Shown here one piece after another: positions 46,884 through 56,779 of a DNA stretch of 64,000 nt. The notes beneath the pieces were generated by a model that saw nothing but the letters and a program-made list of their open reading frames with translations, was not told the DNA's origin and ran no database searches. Each line of letters begins with the position of its first letter. Within the stretch, counting starts at the first letter, position 1. This DNA is from Candidatus Latescibacterota bacterium (GTDB taxonomy: Bacteria; Latescibacterota; UBA2968; UBA8231). Location of the stretch: contig OZ253462.1 in the NCBI GenBank assembly GCA_965261395.1, positions 640,001 to 704,000 of the forward strand, given 5' to 3'. A program made the translations under genes and the position numbers.

Positions 46884-47042
46884 GTGACATCTCCCGAAAT
46901 AAGGCGCCTCCTCGACATCGCCTCGGTACTCGTCCTACTTATCGTAGTTCCCGCTTACATCCTCTGCCGCCTAGGGCTCATTCTGCTGATTGCAGTTCCA
47001 GCGGTTTACATCTTCTGCCGCCTACGGTCGCACGCCGACTGA
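46884..47042 (+). CDS. Unannotated 52-aa hydrophobic peptide with an internal duplication
   Basis: AAGGAG SD, GTG start; MTSPEIRRLLDIASVLVLLIVVPAYILCRLGLILLIAVPAVYIFCRLRSHAD; stop 12 nt before the next gene. Confidence 0.55.
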   Translation: MTSPEIRRLLDIASVLVLLIVVPAYILCRLGLILLIAVPAVYIFCRLRSHAD

Positions 47043-47054
47043 CGAGACGAGACC

Positions 47055-48845
47055 ATGAAAACGCTAAAGGGCCAAACGCGCACGGCACCGCCGCTGTGGG
47101 CGGTCTTGGAACGGCGACTAATCGACGCTATCGACGAGGCAGCACCGATTTTTCTCGACAAGTACACCCGCCCCGGCGGCAGCCTGATATGGATGGAAGA
47201 ATACCCCGGAGACGGGGTCTGGGCCGACGACCTGTACGAGGCATTCTTCAACTGGCCTCACTACTATGCCCTAGGCGGCAGCGAGTACATGGGTGTCAAA
47301 GCTATAGAGGAATGGAACGCCATTACTCGGCAGCTAGAGCACGACTACGGCCGCGTCACCCGAGAGTTTATCAACGACGACGACTGGTTCCACAACGCCG
47401 AAAACTACATCTACTTCTATCACTTGGGGATGGCCGACCCGACCAACGCCGAGACGCGCCGCCGGGCGCAGCGCTTTGCCGGATTGTACTTGAACGACGA
47501 CCCGGCCGTGCCCAACTACGACCCCGAACACCGCATCGTGCGCTCGCCCTGTAGCGGCAGCAAGGGGCCGCTCTTCCAAATGCGGCGCGGCGAAATCCAC
47601 TACGACCTCACCCACGATCACGCCACGTTGGGGCCGGGCTTTGATTCGCCCGCTAACTGGTGGGAAGACCCCGAGACCAAACGCCGCGTTGAGGAACAAT
47701 TTGACCAAGTGGTCATGCAGGGCGACGTGACCGTCAACTTAGGCGTCGCAGCACTGGTGGCAACGGCATTTCTCCACACCGGCGAGGCGCGGTATCGGGA
47801 GTGGATAGAGGAATACGTGGGGGCTTGGATAGAGCGCACCGAAACCAACGGCGGCATCGTCCCGGACAACATCGGTCCCAACGGCATCGTCGGTGAGATG
47901 CGCCAAGGGCAGTGGTGGGGCGGGCTGTACGGCTGGACCGGGCGCTATGGACACGGCATGATGGCCCACTCGATCACCGCGGCGGTGGAAGCCGCGCTGT
48001 TGGTCACGGGCGAGACCCGCTACTTGGACCTGCTCCGCATGCACATGGATGCGCTAGTCGAGCACGGCCGTGAGCAAGGGGGACGGCTGCTCGTACCCTA
48101 TAAGCACACGGATCAGGGTTGGACCGACTTCAATCCCATCAATCCCAATGCGCCGATCCACTTGTGGGCCGCGTCCATGGAAGAGCGGGACTGGCAGCGG
48201 CTGGAGACCTTGCGCCAAGGTGCCAAAGACGAGTGGGGGCAGGTGGGACAGCGCGGGCCACGCTCGCTCGACGACCGCGCCTGGACCCGCTTTCTCGCCG
48301 GCGAGTCCCCGGATTACCCCGAGCGCATCTTGCAGGCCAACTACCGAGAGGTCTGCGACCGCATTGCCAAGGTTATAGACGACGAACAAGATCTAACCCA
48401 ACTCGACGTACACTGGTGGCAGCAGGTCAACCCGGTGGTCACCGAAGCCTTGGTGCAGCTAACGACCGGCGCGCCGCAGACCATCTACTGGGGAGGGTTG
48501 GCGCAAGGGCGGGTGCGCTATTTCGACGGCGAGCAGCAACGATCGGGTTTGCCCCCGGACGTAGCAGCCTTGGTGACCGGCCTCAGCAGCGAGGGTGCAG
48601 AGCTGACGTTAGTCAACTTGAGCACGAGTCGCACCCGGCAGGTGGTCGTCGGTGCTGGCAGCTTTGGCGAGCACTGCTTTGGCCGAGTGCGAGCCGGCGA
48701 CGAGGCCCTCGACGTGGATAGCACCTATTTCCAAGTCGAATTGGCACCGGCCAGTCAAATCGAGTTGTCGCTCGCCATGCGGCGTTACAGCCAGCAGCCC
48801 AGCTTTCGCCTGCCTTGGCACGGCGAGCGGGTTCCATATCGCTAA
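47055..48845 (+). CDS. Conserved hypothetical protein (596 aa), possibly an (alpha/alpha)-barrel carbohydrate enzyme
   Basis: Long ORF with typical codon usage; DDLYE, DWFH, PDNIG and WWGGLYGW motifs; no signal peptide. Confidence 0.7.
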   Translation: MKTLKGQTRTAPPLWAVLERRLIDAIDEAAPIFLDKYTRPGGSLIWMEEYPGDGVWADDLYEAFFNWPHYYALGGSEYMGVKAIEEWNAITRQLEHDYGRVTREFINDDDWFHNAENYIYFYHLGMADPTNAETRRRAQRFAGLYLNDDPAVPNYDPEHRIVRSPCSGSKGPLFQMRRGEIHYDLTHDHATLGPGFDSPANWWEDPETKRRVEEQFDQVVMQGDVTVNLGVAALVATAFLHTGEARYREWIEEYVGAWIERTETNGGIVPDNIGPNGIVGEMRQGQWWGGLYGWTGRYGHGMMAHSITAAVEAALLVTGETRYLDLLRMHMDALVEHGREQGGRLLVPYKHTDQGWTDFNPINPNAPIHLWAASMEERDWQRLETLRQGAKDEWGQVGQRGPRSLDDRAWTRFLAGESPDYPERILQANYREVCDRIAKVIDDEQDLTQLDVHWWQQVNPVVTEALVQLTTGAPQTIYWGGLAQGRVRYFDGEQQRSGLPPDVAALVTGLSSEGAELTLVNLSTSRTRQVVVGAGSFGEHCFGRVRAGDEALDVDSTYFQVELAPASQIELSLAMRRYSQQPSFRLPWHGERVPYR

Positions 48846-48865
48846 CAAAATCAGGAGATAAGGCG

Positions 48866-49612
48866 ATGGACCAAGCCAACCGCGATTTCTTTGCTGCAAA
48901 CGGTTATCTCAATCTAGGGCAGGTGCTCGACAACGACGACGTGCAATACTTCCGCGACATGTTCGATGGGGATATGGAAAAGTATCCCTACTTCTGGCAC
49001 CGCTACGGCCACCACCAGCACGCCAACTACGAGGCACTGATCACCTCGCCGCAGTTCGACGAACTCATCCGGCACCCGAAGATATACCCGACGATTGAAG
49101 CGCTGATGGGCGGGCCGCTCTGCTTTGGCGAGATCGGGCTGCGGCTGATGCGGGCCTACGACGGCCCGTTGCACCAGGGTTGGCACCGCGACAAGCAGCA
49201 TTGGGAAGAGCATCCGCTCCGCATGGACTACATCCAGCTCATGGTCTATTTGGCCGACGTGGACGAGGGAACGCACTGTTTTTCGCTGTCCCCGGAATCG
49301 GCAAGCCAGTCGGTACTCGAAGATAAGGAGGCACAGCTCAAGCGGGGCGGCGAGTATCACTTGCATGGGCCGGCCGGGACCTGTGCATTGTTTAACGTGG
49401 CGGTGCTGCACACGGCGACGACGCGGCCCACGCAGGCCGAGCGGCGCACCGTGCAGATTTACTACGGACATCGCAGCCGGGCACCGCTGGCGAACGATTC
49501 GAGTATTCCAGCGGCGTTTTGGCGGGATAGCGAAGATGCGGAGACGCGGGCTTTTTACGGAGTTTTAAACGAGCGCACCAAGGTGTATTTGGCGGCGTTC
49601 CCCGGAGCTTGA
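48866..49612 (+). CDS. PhyH family dioxygenase
   Basis: NGYLNL, WHRD, LHTA...RRT. Confidence 0.88.
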   Translation: MDQANRDFFAANGYLNLGQVLDNDDVQYFRDMFDGDMEKYPYFWHRYGHHQHANYEALITSPQFDELIRHPKIYPTIEALMGGPLCFGEIGLRLMRAYDGPLHQGWHRDKQHWEEHPLRMDYIQLMVYLADVDEGTHCFSLSPESASQSVLEDKEAQLKRGGEYHLHGPAGTCALFNVAVLHTATTRPTQAERRTVQIYYGHRSRAPLANDSSIPAAFWRDSEDAETRAFYGVLNERTKVYLAAFPGA

Positions 49613-49656
49613 CCCATCCCTTCCTTTAGGTTGGGAGATATTGAGATCAGATTATT

Positions 49657-50846
49657 TTGTCCACATCCCTGTTGAACATCGCACCCACTGATCTGGTGGA
49701 TATTGCAGTCGTCGGTTTGCTGCTTTGGGGTCTAGTGGCTTGGACCCGCCAGATGCGGATGGCGCTGCTCGGCTTGGCTTTTTTGAGCGTCTTCTACCAC
49801 CTAATAGTGCAGCAATTCAGGTTGCAGCTAACCGATTGGATCTTCCAAGGCTTTTTCGGGGCGGTGGTGGTGGTGCTGGTGGTGGTGTTCCAGGATGATT
49901 TGCGCCGGCTCTTTGAGCAGATCGCCACGCTCGGTCTGCGCCGCAAGGCTCCGCGCCCGGACCCCTCCAGCTTGGGAACGCTGACCAGGGGGTTGCATGA
50001 GTTGGCCAAGAAAAAGCGCGGGGCCTTGGTGGTCCTGCCGGGGCGCGAGCCAATAGAGCGGCATTTTTTGCAGGTGGGGACCCCTTTGGACGCGGAGATC
50101 AGCGAAGAACTCCTCGACAGCCTTTTCGATCCCGGTTCGGCAGGGCACGACGGTGCGCTGGTGATGCATAATAATAGGATCGCGTGCTTTGGGGTGCCTT
50201 TGCCGCTTTCCGAGAACAGGGACGAGATGAAGGGGGGCGGTACGCGGCACGCGGCTGCGTTGGGCCTAGCCGAACGCAGCCGCGTGCCGCGTGTCTGGTA
50301 GTCTCAGAGGAGCGCGGCACCATCGGGATTGCAGCGCGGGGGCAACTCGAGATCCTCGGCGATCCTACCGAACCTACTAAACCGGGCGATTTGAGGGATA
50401 AGATCCAAGACCACTTACAGCGTACGGGGACCGAGGTGAAGACGCGCCGGATCGAGTGGGGTTGGTTGGGGCGACGGCTGGTGGAAGGTCTTTTGTCCTT
50501 GGCCTTGGCCTTGGGCGCATGGCTGGTCTTCGTGCCGGGCGCGACGCTCGAGGAAACGGTGCTTCAGGTGCCCGTAGCCGTGGAGAACATGCCCGAAGGA
50601 TATGTGCTAGAGGACTTTAAACCTCGAGAGGTGGAGATCGCGGTGGCCGGACCGCGACGGGCCATGTTTTTGGCGAGCAATGCAGATTTCCAGATTGTCA
50701 TTGACGCCGATCTCGTCAGGTTGGATCGGAGGACCTTTGAGGTATCCGCTCAGTCCGTGCGCCATGCAACCGGGTTGAAGATCACCAGTATCAAGCCAGA
50801 CAAGGTGAAACTAACCGTGCATAAAGCGCGAGGAGGTGCGCGATGA
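49657..50846 (+). pseudogene. cdaA: Diadenylate cyclase (CdaA/DacA)-YbbR fusion with a frameshift at about 50281-50285
   Basis: Three TM helices, FQDDLRR, HDGA, GTRHAAALGLAERS; the expected continuation AACLVVSEERGTI is in a different frame and runs into a TM plus YbbR-like domain. Confidence 0.85.
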
Positions 50847-50874
50847 AAATCGCCTTGCACGACAGCGGCACGTC

Positions 50875-51609
50875 ATGGTATTAAGCGAGCAACAGATCGC
50901 GTTTTTTAAGCAGCAGGGTTATCTGATTCTGGAAAACTTCATCGCGCCGGAGCAGATAGCCGCTTGGCGCGGGCAGTTCTGGCAGCACGCGGGCGGCACT
51001 CCAGAAGACCCGGCGAGTTGGCCCGATAGCTATGTGATCGACGGGTTTGCGGTCGAACCGGCCTTTGGGCAGCTTCCGCAGATGCAGGCGGCGGTCGAGG
51101 CTATGGGTGGGGGGCAGTTTAGCGGCGGCGGCGGGTCCATGCTGGTGCAGTGGCCGCGCTTGGAAGAAGCGTGGGACTGGCCGGCCCAAGGGCATATCGA
51201 CGGCTACGGGCCGGGTGGCTGGAGTGGCGGTTTTATGCTGGGGGCGACTGCCTATCTCGACGATGTGGAAGCAGGTGGCGGGGCCTTTATTTACTGGCCT
51301 CAAAGCCATCTGCCGACCCATGCGTACTTCCGCAAACATCCCGACCACATCGACGGCAGTTTCCGCGACCGCGAGAATTGGGAGCCGCGTCAATGGGGGT
51401 TGTTTTCAGACCGCTCGCCCCACGGGCCGGAGCAATTTGTGGCGCGGGCCGGGGACGTGATTTTCTGGCACTGCTTTCTGTGCCACACCGGCTCGGCCAA
51501 CATCCGCTCCAAGCCGCGACTGGGGCTTTTCGCCCGCTGGCACTACGCCGAGCGCGAGACTATGCGCTACGAGGTGCCGGAGGACCTGTGGAAGTACTGG
51601 GCGATCTAG
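50875..51609 (+). CDS. PhyH family dioxygenase
   Basis: QQGYLILENF, GHID, AGDVIFWH..CHTGS.N...R. Confidence 0.85.
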   Translation: MVLSEQQIAFFKQQGYLILENFIAPEQIAAWRGQFWQHAGGTPEDPASWPDSYVIDGFAVEPAFGQLPQMQAAVEAMGGGQFSGGGGSMLVQWPRLEEAWDWPAQGHIDGYGPGGWSGGFMLGATAYLDDVEAGGGAFIYWPQSHLPTHAYFRKHPDHIDGSFRDRENWEPRQWGLFSDRSPHGPEQFVARAGDVIFWHCFLCHTGSANIRSKPRLGLFARWHYAERETMRYEVPEDLWKYWAI

Positions 51610-51713
51610 AACGCCTTCCTCGGCCACCCGTAAATTTGCCCGTTTCGACAAAATCGTCTAATTTTTGTAACACTTTGTCCGCCACTATTCACCTTTCATC
51701 CTCGGGAGCCACC

Positions 51714-51959
51714 ATGGCTAAGTCGATGTTTTCTCGGGAAGTCGCCCTCAAGCTGGAAGGCGAAATCAATGCCTTTCAAGCCTGTCGCAGCCTGTCCCAT
51801 CGCGCACGAGACATTAACACAGAGCGCAAAGTGAGAGAAGCCGAAGGCGAAATTCCCGAAGAAGATCAGCCCAATTCGTCGGCCAGTGCCATGCTGGATT
51901 TTGCCGAGGGCCGCATCACCATCTTGCCAGAAGAGAGCGCGGACTCAGACGAGGTCTGA
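51714..51959 (+). CDS. rpoZ: RNA polymerase omega subunit-like protein
   Basis: 81 aa; NAFQACRSLSHRARDIN...AMLDFAEGRI resembles the RpoZ pattern; GGGAG SD. Confidence 0.55.
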   Translation: MAKSMFSREVALKLEGEINAFQACRSLSHRARDINTERKVREAEGEIPEEDQPNSSASAMLDFAEGRITILPEESADSDEV

Positions 51960-52203
51960 ATCTCCGCCGCTAGCGACAGCCCATCTTACGCTTTTTGTGG
52001 GCCTGCTTTCGCTGCCGTCTCCAACGAAAAAACATATAGCCGTCGCGCTGTCGGTCGCGTAACTTGCTGACTGAGAGGAGGCTGGGGACGGGGCCGCCTG
52101 CTCGGCGAATTTTCACGTTTTCTGCCCTCGGTGCATAGTGCTTTCTCCCTTTGCCACAGCGCGAAAAAGGCGCTTCCACTAAACGCCCCGTAAAGGAGGC
52201 GTC

Positions 52204-53142
52204 ATGGGCCTAGAAAAAAACTGCTGTCCCCGCCGCCGTTGGGGCAAGACCGAGCTTTCCATACCCGTGATCCCATTCGGGACGCAAGGCTTTGGCGGTC
52301 ATTTCGGGCCGGTCAACGACGAAGAAGCCATGGCCCTGATGCGCCGGGCCGTCGATTTGGGCGTCAATCACTTCGACTGCGCCCGCTGCTACGGCGACTC
52401 GCTGCACAAGCTGGGTCGAGCGATCAAGGAAGGCGTCATCGCCCGCAACGAGATCATCATCAGCGGGCGCGTATGCTGCCACAGTGCCGCCGCGTGGGGC
52501 GGCTACGGCGAGGGGCGGCCCGACTACTCGGCGGCGCGGGCCTTGGCCGATGTTGAAGACCAGCTAGCAATTTTGGGGATCGAGAAATTCGACGTGCTTT
52601 TCCTCCACGACCCGCACGAGATAGAACCGACCCTTGAGGCGGGCGGCGCGCTCGAAGGACTGGAAAGGGTGCGCCAGCAGGGTGCCGTGGACTTCATCGG
52701 CTATGGCATGAGGCCCCACGACTTTCACCTCGCGCACATTGCTTCGGGCCGCACCAACGCGATGCTGTGCTTCAACGACTACAACTTGCTCCGGCAGAGC
52801 GCCGCCGACGCTATCCTGCCCGCGGCCGCAGCCGCCGACCTCGGAGTACTCAACGGCTGGTCGATCATGCGCGGCTGGCTGACGGGCGTGCCGGTGGAGC
52901 ACTTTATACCACGCGACAAATGGGGCGAAGATCAGCAACGGGCCGAGGCCATGCGCTTGTGGTGCAGTGAGCAGGGCATCGACATGCTGGAGCTGACGCT
53001 GCAATTTTGCCTACGCGAGGAACGGATCCACGGCAACCCAATCGGCTCGCTAAACATCGAGCAACTAGAGCGAAACGTCGCGGCTGCCATGGCCACCGTA
53101 GCGGACGAAACCATTGCCGCATTTAGGGCCGCGGCGCTTTGA
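52204..53142 (+). CDS. Aldo/keto reductase
   Basis: GVNHFDCARCYG, DVLFLHDP, IG...EQLERN. Confidence 0.88.
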   Translation: MGLEKNCCPRRRWGKTELSIPVIPFGTQGFGGHFGPVNDEEAMALMRRAVDLGVNHFDCARCYGDSLHKLGRAIKEGVIARNEIIISGRVCCHSAAAWGGYGEGRPDYSAARALADVEDQLAILGIEKFDVLFLHDPHEIEPTLEAGGALEGLERVRQQGAVDFIGYGMRPHDFHLAHIASGRTNAMLCFNDYNLLRQSAADAILPAAAAADLGVLNGWSIMRGWLTGVPVEHFIPRDKWGEDQQRAEAMRLWCSEQGIDMLELTLQFCLREERIHGNPIGSLNIEQLERNVAAAMATVADETIAAFRAAAL

Positions 53143-53160
53143 ACAGGAGTAACCACGCGC

Positions 53161-53931
53161 ATGAGCGCTGCTGAAGAGTACTACGCGCAGACGATGGAGC
53201 TGTTGCAACGTCTGCGCGATACGCAAATGGACTCTATAGACCGGGCCGCCGAAATCTGCACCGAGAGCATTGCCAACGGCGGGTTGGTTTTTCTCTTTGG
53301 CGCTGGGCACTCGCGGATGATGTGCGAGGAAATGACGCCACGCCAGGGATGTTTCGTGGGCTTTTTTGCGTTGGTCGAGCTAGCGGTATCGACCCATGCG
53401 TCGATCGTCGGCACCAACGGATTGCGCGGGCCGCTCTTTTTGGAGAAGTACGAAGGCTACGCCGAGGAGATTCTCCAAGGATTCGAGTTCGGGCCGCACG
53501 ATGTCTTTATCTTGATTTCGACCAGCGGCATTCGGCCCTTGATCGTCGAAATGGCCATGGGCGCTAAAGCGCGGGGCTTGCCCGTGATTGCCATGCTGTC
53601 GAAGCCGCACGGCGACCAGTCGCCGCCCGCGCACTCGTCGGGCCAGAAGCTGATGGATCTGGCCGACGTCGTCCTCGACAACCAATGTCCGCCGGGAGAC
53701 TGCGTGCTCGAACTAGAGGGGTTGGAGTGGCGGACCGGGCCGGTATCGACGGTGACCGGCTCGATGATGATGAATATGCTGCGCTGCGAAGTGGCCGAGC
53801 GGTTGTTGGCGCGGGGGATCAAGCCGGAGCTATTGCCGAGCCATCAGTTTGTGGGCAATACAAGTGCAGAAGAGCAGCTAGAGCGGTTTTACGAGGGCTA
53901 CCGCAAGAGCCTTAAGCATTTGTACGCGTAG
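53161..53931 (+). CDS. SIS-domain sugar isomerase family protein
   Basis: FGAGHS, ISTSG, DLADVVLDN..P.GD, GPVST. Confidence 0.88.
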   Translation: MSAAEEYYAQTMELLQRLRDTQMDSIDRAAEICTESIANGGLVFLFGAGHSRMMCEEMTPRQGCFVGFFALVELAVSTHASIVGTNGLRGPLFLEKYEGYAEEILQGFEFGPHDVFILISTSGIRPLIVEMAMGAKARGLPVIAMLSKPHGDQSPPAHSSGQKLMDLADVVLDNQCPPGDCVLELEGLEWRTGPVSTVTGSMMMNMLRCEVAERLLARGIKPELLPSHQFVGNTSAEEQLERFYEGYRKSLKHLYA

Positions 53932-53982
53932 TAATCGATTCTCTTTCCAACGCCTCATTTGCAAACCCCCTTCCACTGAACC

Positions 53983-54762
53983 GTGGGCACTCTCGAAAAC
54001 AAGGTTTGTCTAATTACCGGCTCTACCGGCATCGCCGAGGCCACGGCTCTGCACGCGGCCGAGGAAGGGGCCAAGGTGTTCGTCACCTCGCGCACGGAAG
54101 ACCATTGTAGGGAACTCGCCGAAAAATTGGGTGACCAGGGGGCGCATCTGGCAGCCGACCTGACGCAGCAGGAACAGGTCGCCGCAGCCGTGGGGGCCTG
54201 CGTGGAGCAGTGGGGGCGGATCGATGGGTTGTTCAATGTGGCGGGGATCAGCGGGCGGCGCTTTGGCGATGGGCCGCTGCACGAGTGTACTGAGGAAGGG
54301 TGGGACGCGACGCTGGATGCCAACGCCAAAAGCATGTTTTTGATGTGTCGCGCCGTGCTGCAACAGATGTTGACCCAAAAAGTTCGCGCAGACGGAGCGC
54401 GGGGGGCGATCCTCAACATGGCCAGTGTGTTGGCCTTTTCACCGGAGCGAAAGTTTTTTGCCTCGCACGCCTATGCGGCCAGCAAGGGGGCCATTGTGTC
54501 GCTGAGCAAGGCTATGGCCAGCTACTACGCGCCGCATGGGATTCGGGTCAATGCCATTGCGCCGGCGCTGGTGGAAACGCCCATGAGCCAGCGGGCTGGA
54601 GAAAACGCGGAAATCATGGCGTTTATGCGTGACAAGCAGCCGCTCGGGGCGATGATGAGTGCGGCGGACGTGGCGGGGATGGCGGTCTTTTTGTTGGGGG
54701 ACCGAGCGCGGGCGATTACCGGAACCGTGGCGACCGTGGATGCAGGTTGGTGTGTGAGCTAA
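53983..54762 (+). CDS. SDR family oxidoreductase
   Basis: TGSTGI, NVAG, YAASKG, IRVNAIAP. Confidence 0.92.
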   Translation: MGTLENKVCLITGSTGIAEATALHAAEEGAKVFVTSRTEDHCRELAEKLGDQGAHLAADLTQQEQVAAAVGACVEQWGRIDGLFNVAGISGRRFGDGPLHECTEEGWDATLDANAKSMFLMCRAVLQQMLTQKVRADGARGAILNMASVLAFSPERKFFASHAYAASKGAIVSLSKAMASYYAPHGIRVNAIAPALVETPMSQRAGENAEIMAFMRDKQPLGAMMSAADVAGMAVFLLGDRARAITGTVATVDAGWCVS

Positions 54763-54776
54763 CGCAAGGAGGGCGC

Positions 54777-55754
54777 ATGAAAGAATACGTCATTGGCTTT
54801 GACGTGGGCGGCACCCGGGTCAAAAGCGGCGCGGTGACTCGGCGCGGGCGAATGCTCGCACCGGGGATCAATCCGTCGGGTTTTGCGCTGGGCATGGGCA
54901 ATCTGCTCAAGACGCTCAAGGAGGAGGTCGCGCGGATTTCCCAGAAGTTGGGTGGCAAGCCGCAGGCGCTCGGCTTGGGCTTTCCCGGAGCCGTGGATCC
55001 CGAGGTCGGCGTGGTGTACATGCCGGGCAAAATTAAAGGGCTGGAAGGCTATCCCATTGTCAAACGGCTGGCCAAGGTCACGGGGATTCCAGTCATCGCC
55101 GACAACGACGGCCGCATCTCGATCTACGCCGAGCGCTACTACGGCCTAGCGCGGGATGTGGACTGGGCGGTGACCATCACCATCGGCACGGGCGTCGGCT
55201 CCGGGGCCTTGCTCGATGGCAAAATTCTGCGCGACCCGCATCTCCAGTTCGGGACGCAGATGAGTCATATCGTCATGCAAGCCCTCGGCGGGCGACTGTG
55301 CCTGACCAACGCGCGGGGCACCGCCGAGATGATGTGCTCGGCCACGGCGCTGACTCAGCAGGTGCGGGATGGGCTGGCGCGCGGCATTCCCTCGGTCTTG
55401 AGCGACCAGTACTTCAAAGATCCCAGCTCGATTGATTTCAAGGCCGCGATCCGCGGCGTCAAGCGCCAAGACCGGCTCTGTCTTGACGAGCTGGAGCACT
55501 GGACCCGCAACTTGGGCTGGCTGCTGGTGAGCGCGGTACACGTGTACGCTCCCCAGCGGATCATCCTCAGCGGCGGGGCGACCAATGCGGCCGAGCATTT
55601 TCTTGAACCACTGCAAAAGCAAGTTGACAGCCACTTATTCCGCCATCCAGCGGGCGCAGGCGTGCCGATTGTATTATCCAAGCTGCGCGATCACGCCGGC
55701 GTTTTGGGGACGGCGGCAATCGCTTGGGAAAAGGCGGATGGAGAAAAGACGTGA
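54777..55754 (+). CDS. ROK family sugar kinase (atypical signature)
   Basis: DVGGT, PG.VD, DND, TIGTGVG, ILSGG, AGVLG.A. Confidence 0.88.
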   Translation: MKEYVIGFDVGGTRVKSGAVTRRGRMLAPGINPSGFALGMGNLLKTLKEEVARISQKLGGKPQALGLGFPGAVDPEVGVVYMPGKIKGLEGYPIVKRLAKVTGIPVIADNDGRISIYAERYYGLARDVDWAVTITIGTGVGSGALLDGKILRDPHLQFGTQMSHIVMQALGGRLCLTNARGTAEMMCSATALTQQVRDGLARGIPSVLSDQYFKDPSSIDFKAAIRGVKRQDRLCLDELEHWTRNLGWLLVSAVHVYAPQRIILSGGATNAAEHFLEPLQKQVDSHLFRHPAGAGVPIVLSKLRDHAGVLGTAAIAWEKADGEKT

Positions 55755-56779
55755 AAGAACAACCCCTGCGCACCACCGTTATCGGCTCCTACCCTTTCCC
55801 GAGCTGGCTCGAATACGCGGCTGAGCATCTAGCGGCCTTCGGGCCGGACGATATTGCCGAGATGCAAGACGACGCGGTCGTTGCCGCGCTCGGCGACCAA
55901 GTGCGTGCCGGGTTGGACGTCGTCACCGACGGCGAGCAGACTCGCTTTGACTTCAACCTCTCCTTTTACGGCTATCTCGAAGGCATCGACCTAGAGTCCG
56001 CACCGCCCAGGCACTTCGGCCCGCCCGCCCACGATCAGCGGGGGCGTCACGCAATCACTGGACCGCTGCAAGCGCCGCACGGTTTGGGCGCAGTGGAGGA
56101 GTTTGCGCGGCTCAAGCGGCTAGCACCAGCAGGGCCGACGCTCAAGGCCAGTGTGCCGGGGCCTTATACGTTGAGCGGACGGCTGGTGCCCAACGATCAG
56201 TACCCGGACCGCTGGGCAGTGACCGAGGCGCTGTTGCCGATTGTGCGGCGCGAGCTGGAGGCGCTCTGTGCGGCGGGTTGCACGGAGCTGACCGTCGATG
56301 AGCCGTCGATGAGTTGCTATGCCCACCGCGAGGATCCAGCGCGCTTCGTCGATATCTTCAACCGCACGGTTGAATCCGTCGCTGGGCAGTGCCGACTCTC
56401 GACCCATCTGTGCTTTGGCAACTACAAGGGCCGCGCCGTGGGGTTGCGCCGCTACGCGCCCATGTTCCCGGCCTTCCTGGACATGCAGGTCGATGAGATG
56501 CACGTCGAAATGGCCAGCCGCGAGTTTGCCGAGTTGGAGATTATCGGCCCGATCGCCGCAAAGATGGACGTGGCCGTGGGGATCATCGACGTCAAGAGCT
56601 ACTACATTGAAACCGCAGAGGACATCGCGGCGCGGGTGGAGGCGTGCTTGGAGTATGCCCCGGCCGACAGGCTCTCTTTCGCGCCCGATTGCGGGCTGAG
56701 CCAAACGGCGCGCTGGGCAGCGAAGCAAAAGCTGGAGAACATGGTGGCTGGGGTGCGCGCCGTGCGAGAGAAGCTATAG
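55751..56779 (+). CDS. Cobalamin-independent methionine synthase-like single-barrel Zn enzyme
   Basis: IGSYP, TDGEQ.R, PGP.T, DEP, HLCFGN, PDCGL (H/C/C zinc ligands). Confidence 0.85.
   Translation: MKEQPLRTTVIGSYPFPSWLEYAAEHLAAFGPDDIAEMQDDAVVAALGDQVRAGLDVVTDGEQTRFDFNLSFYGYLEGIDLESAPPRHFGPPAHDQRGRHAITGPLQAPHGLGAVEEFARLKRLAPAGPTLKASVPGPYTLSGRLVPNDQYPDRWAVTEALLPIVRRELEALCAAGCTELTVDEPSMSCYAHREDPARFVDIFNRTVESVAGQCRLSTHLCFGNYKGRAVGLRRYAPMFPAFLDMQVDEMHVEMASREFAELEIIGPIAAKMDVAVGIIDVKSYYIETAEDIAARVEACLEYAPADRLSFAPDCGLSQTARWAAKQKLENMVAGVRAVREKL

Noticed and set aside
46622-47050. tRNA-Leu as an integration site of a genomic island
   Set aside because: No integrase and no duplicated tRNA 3' end seen in the window.
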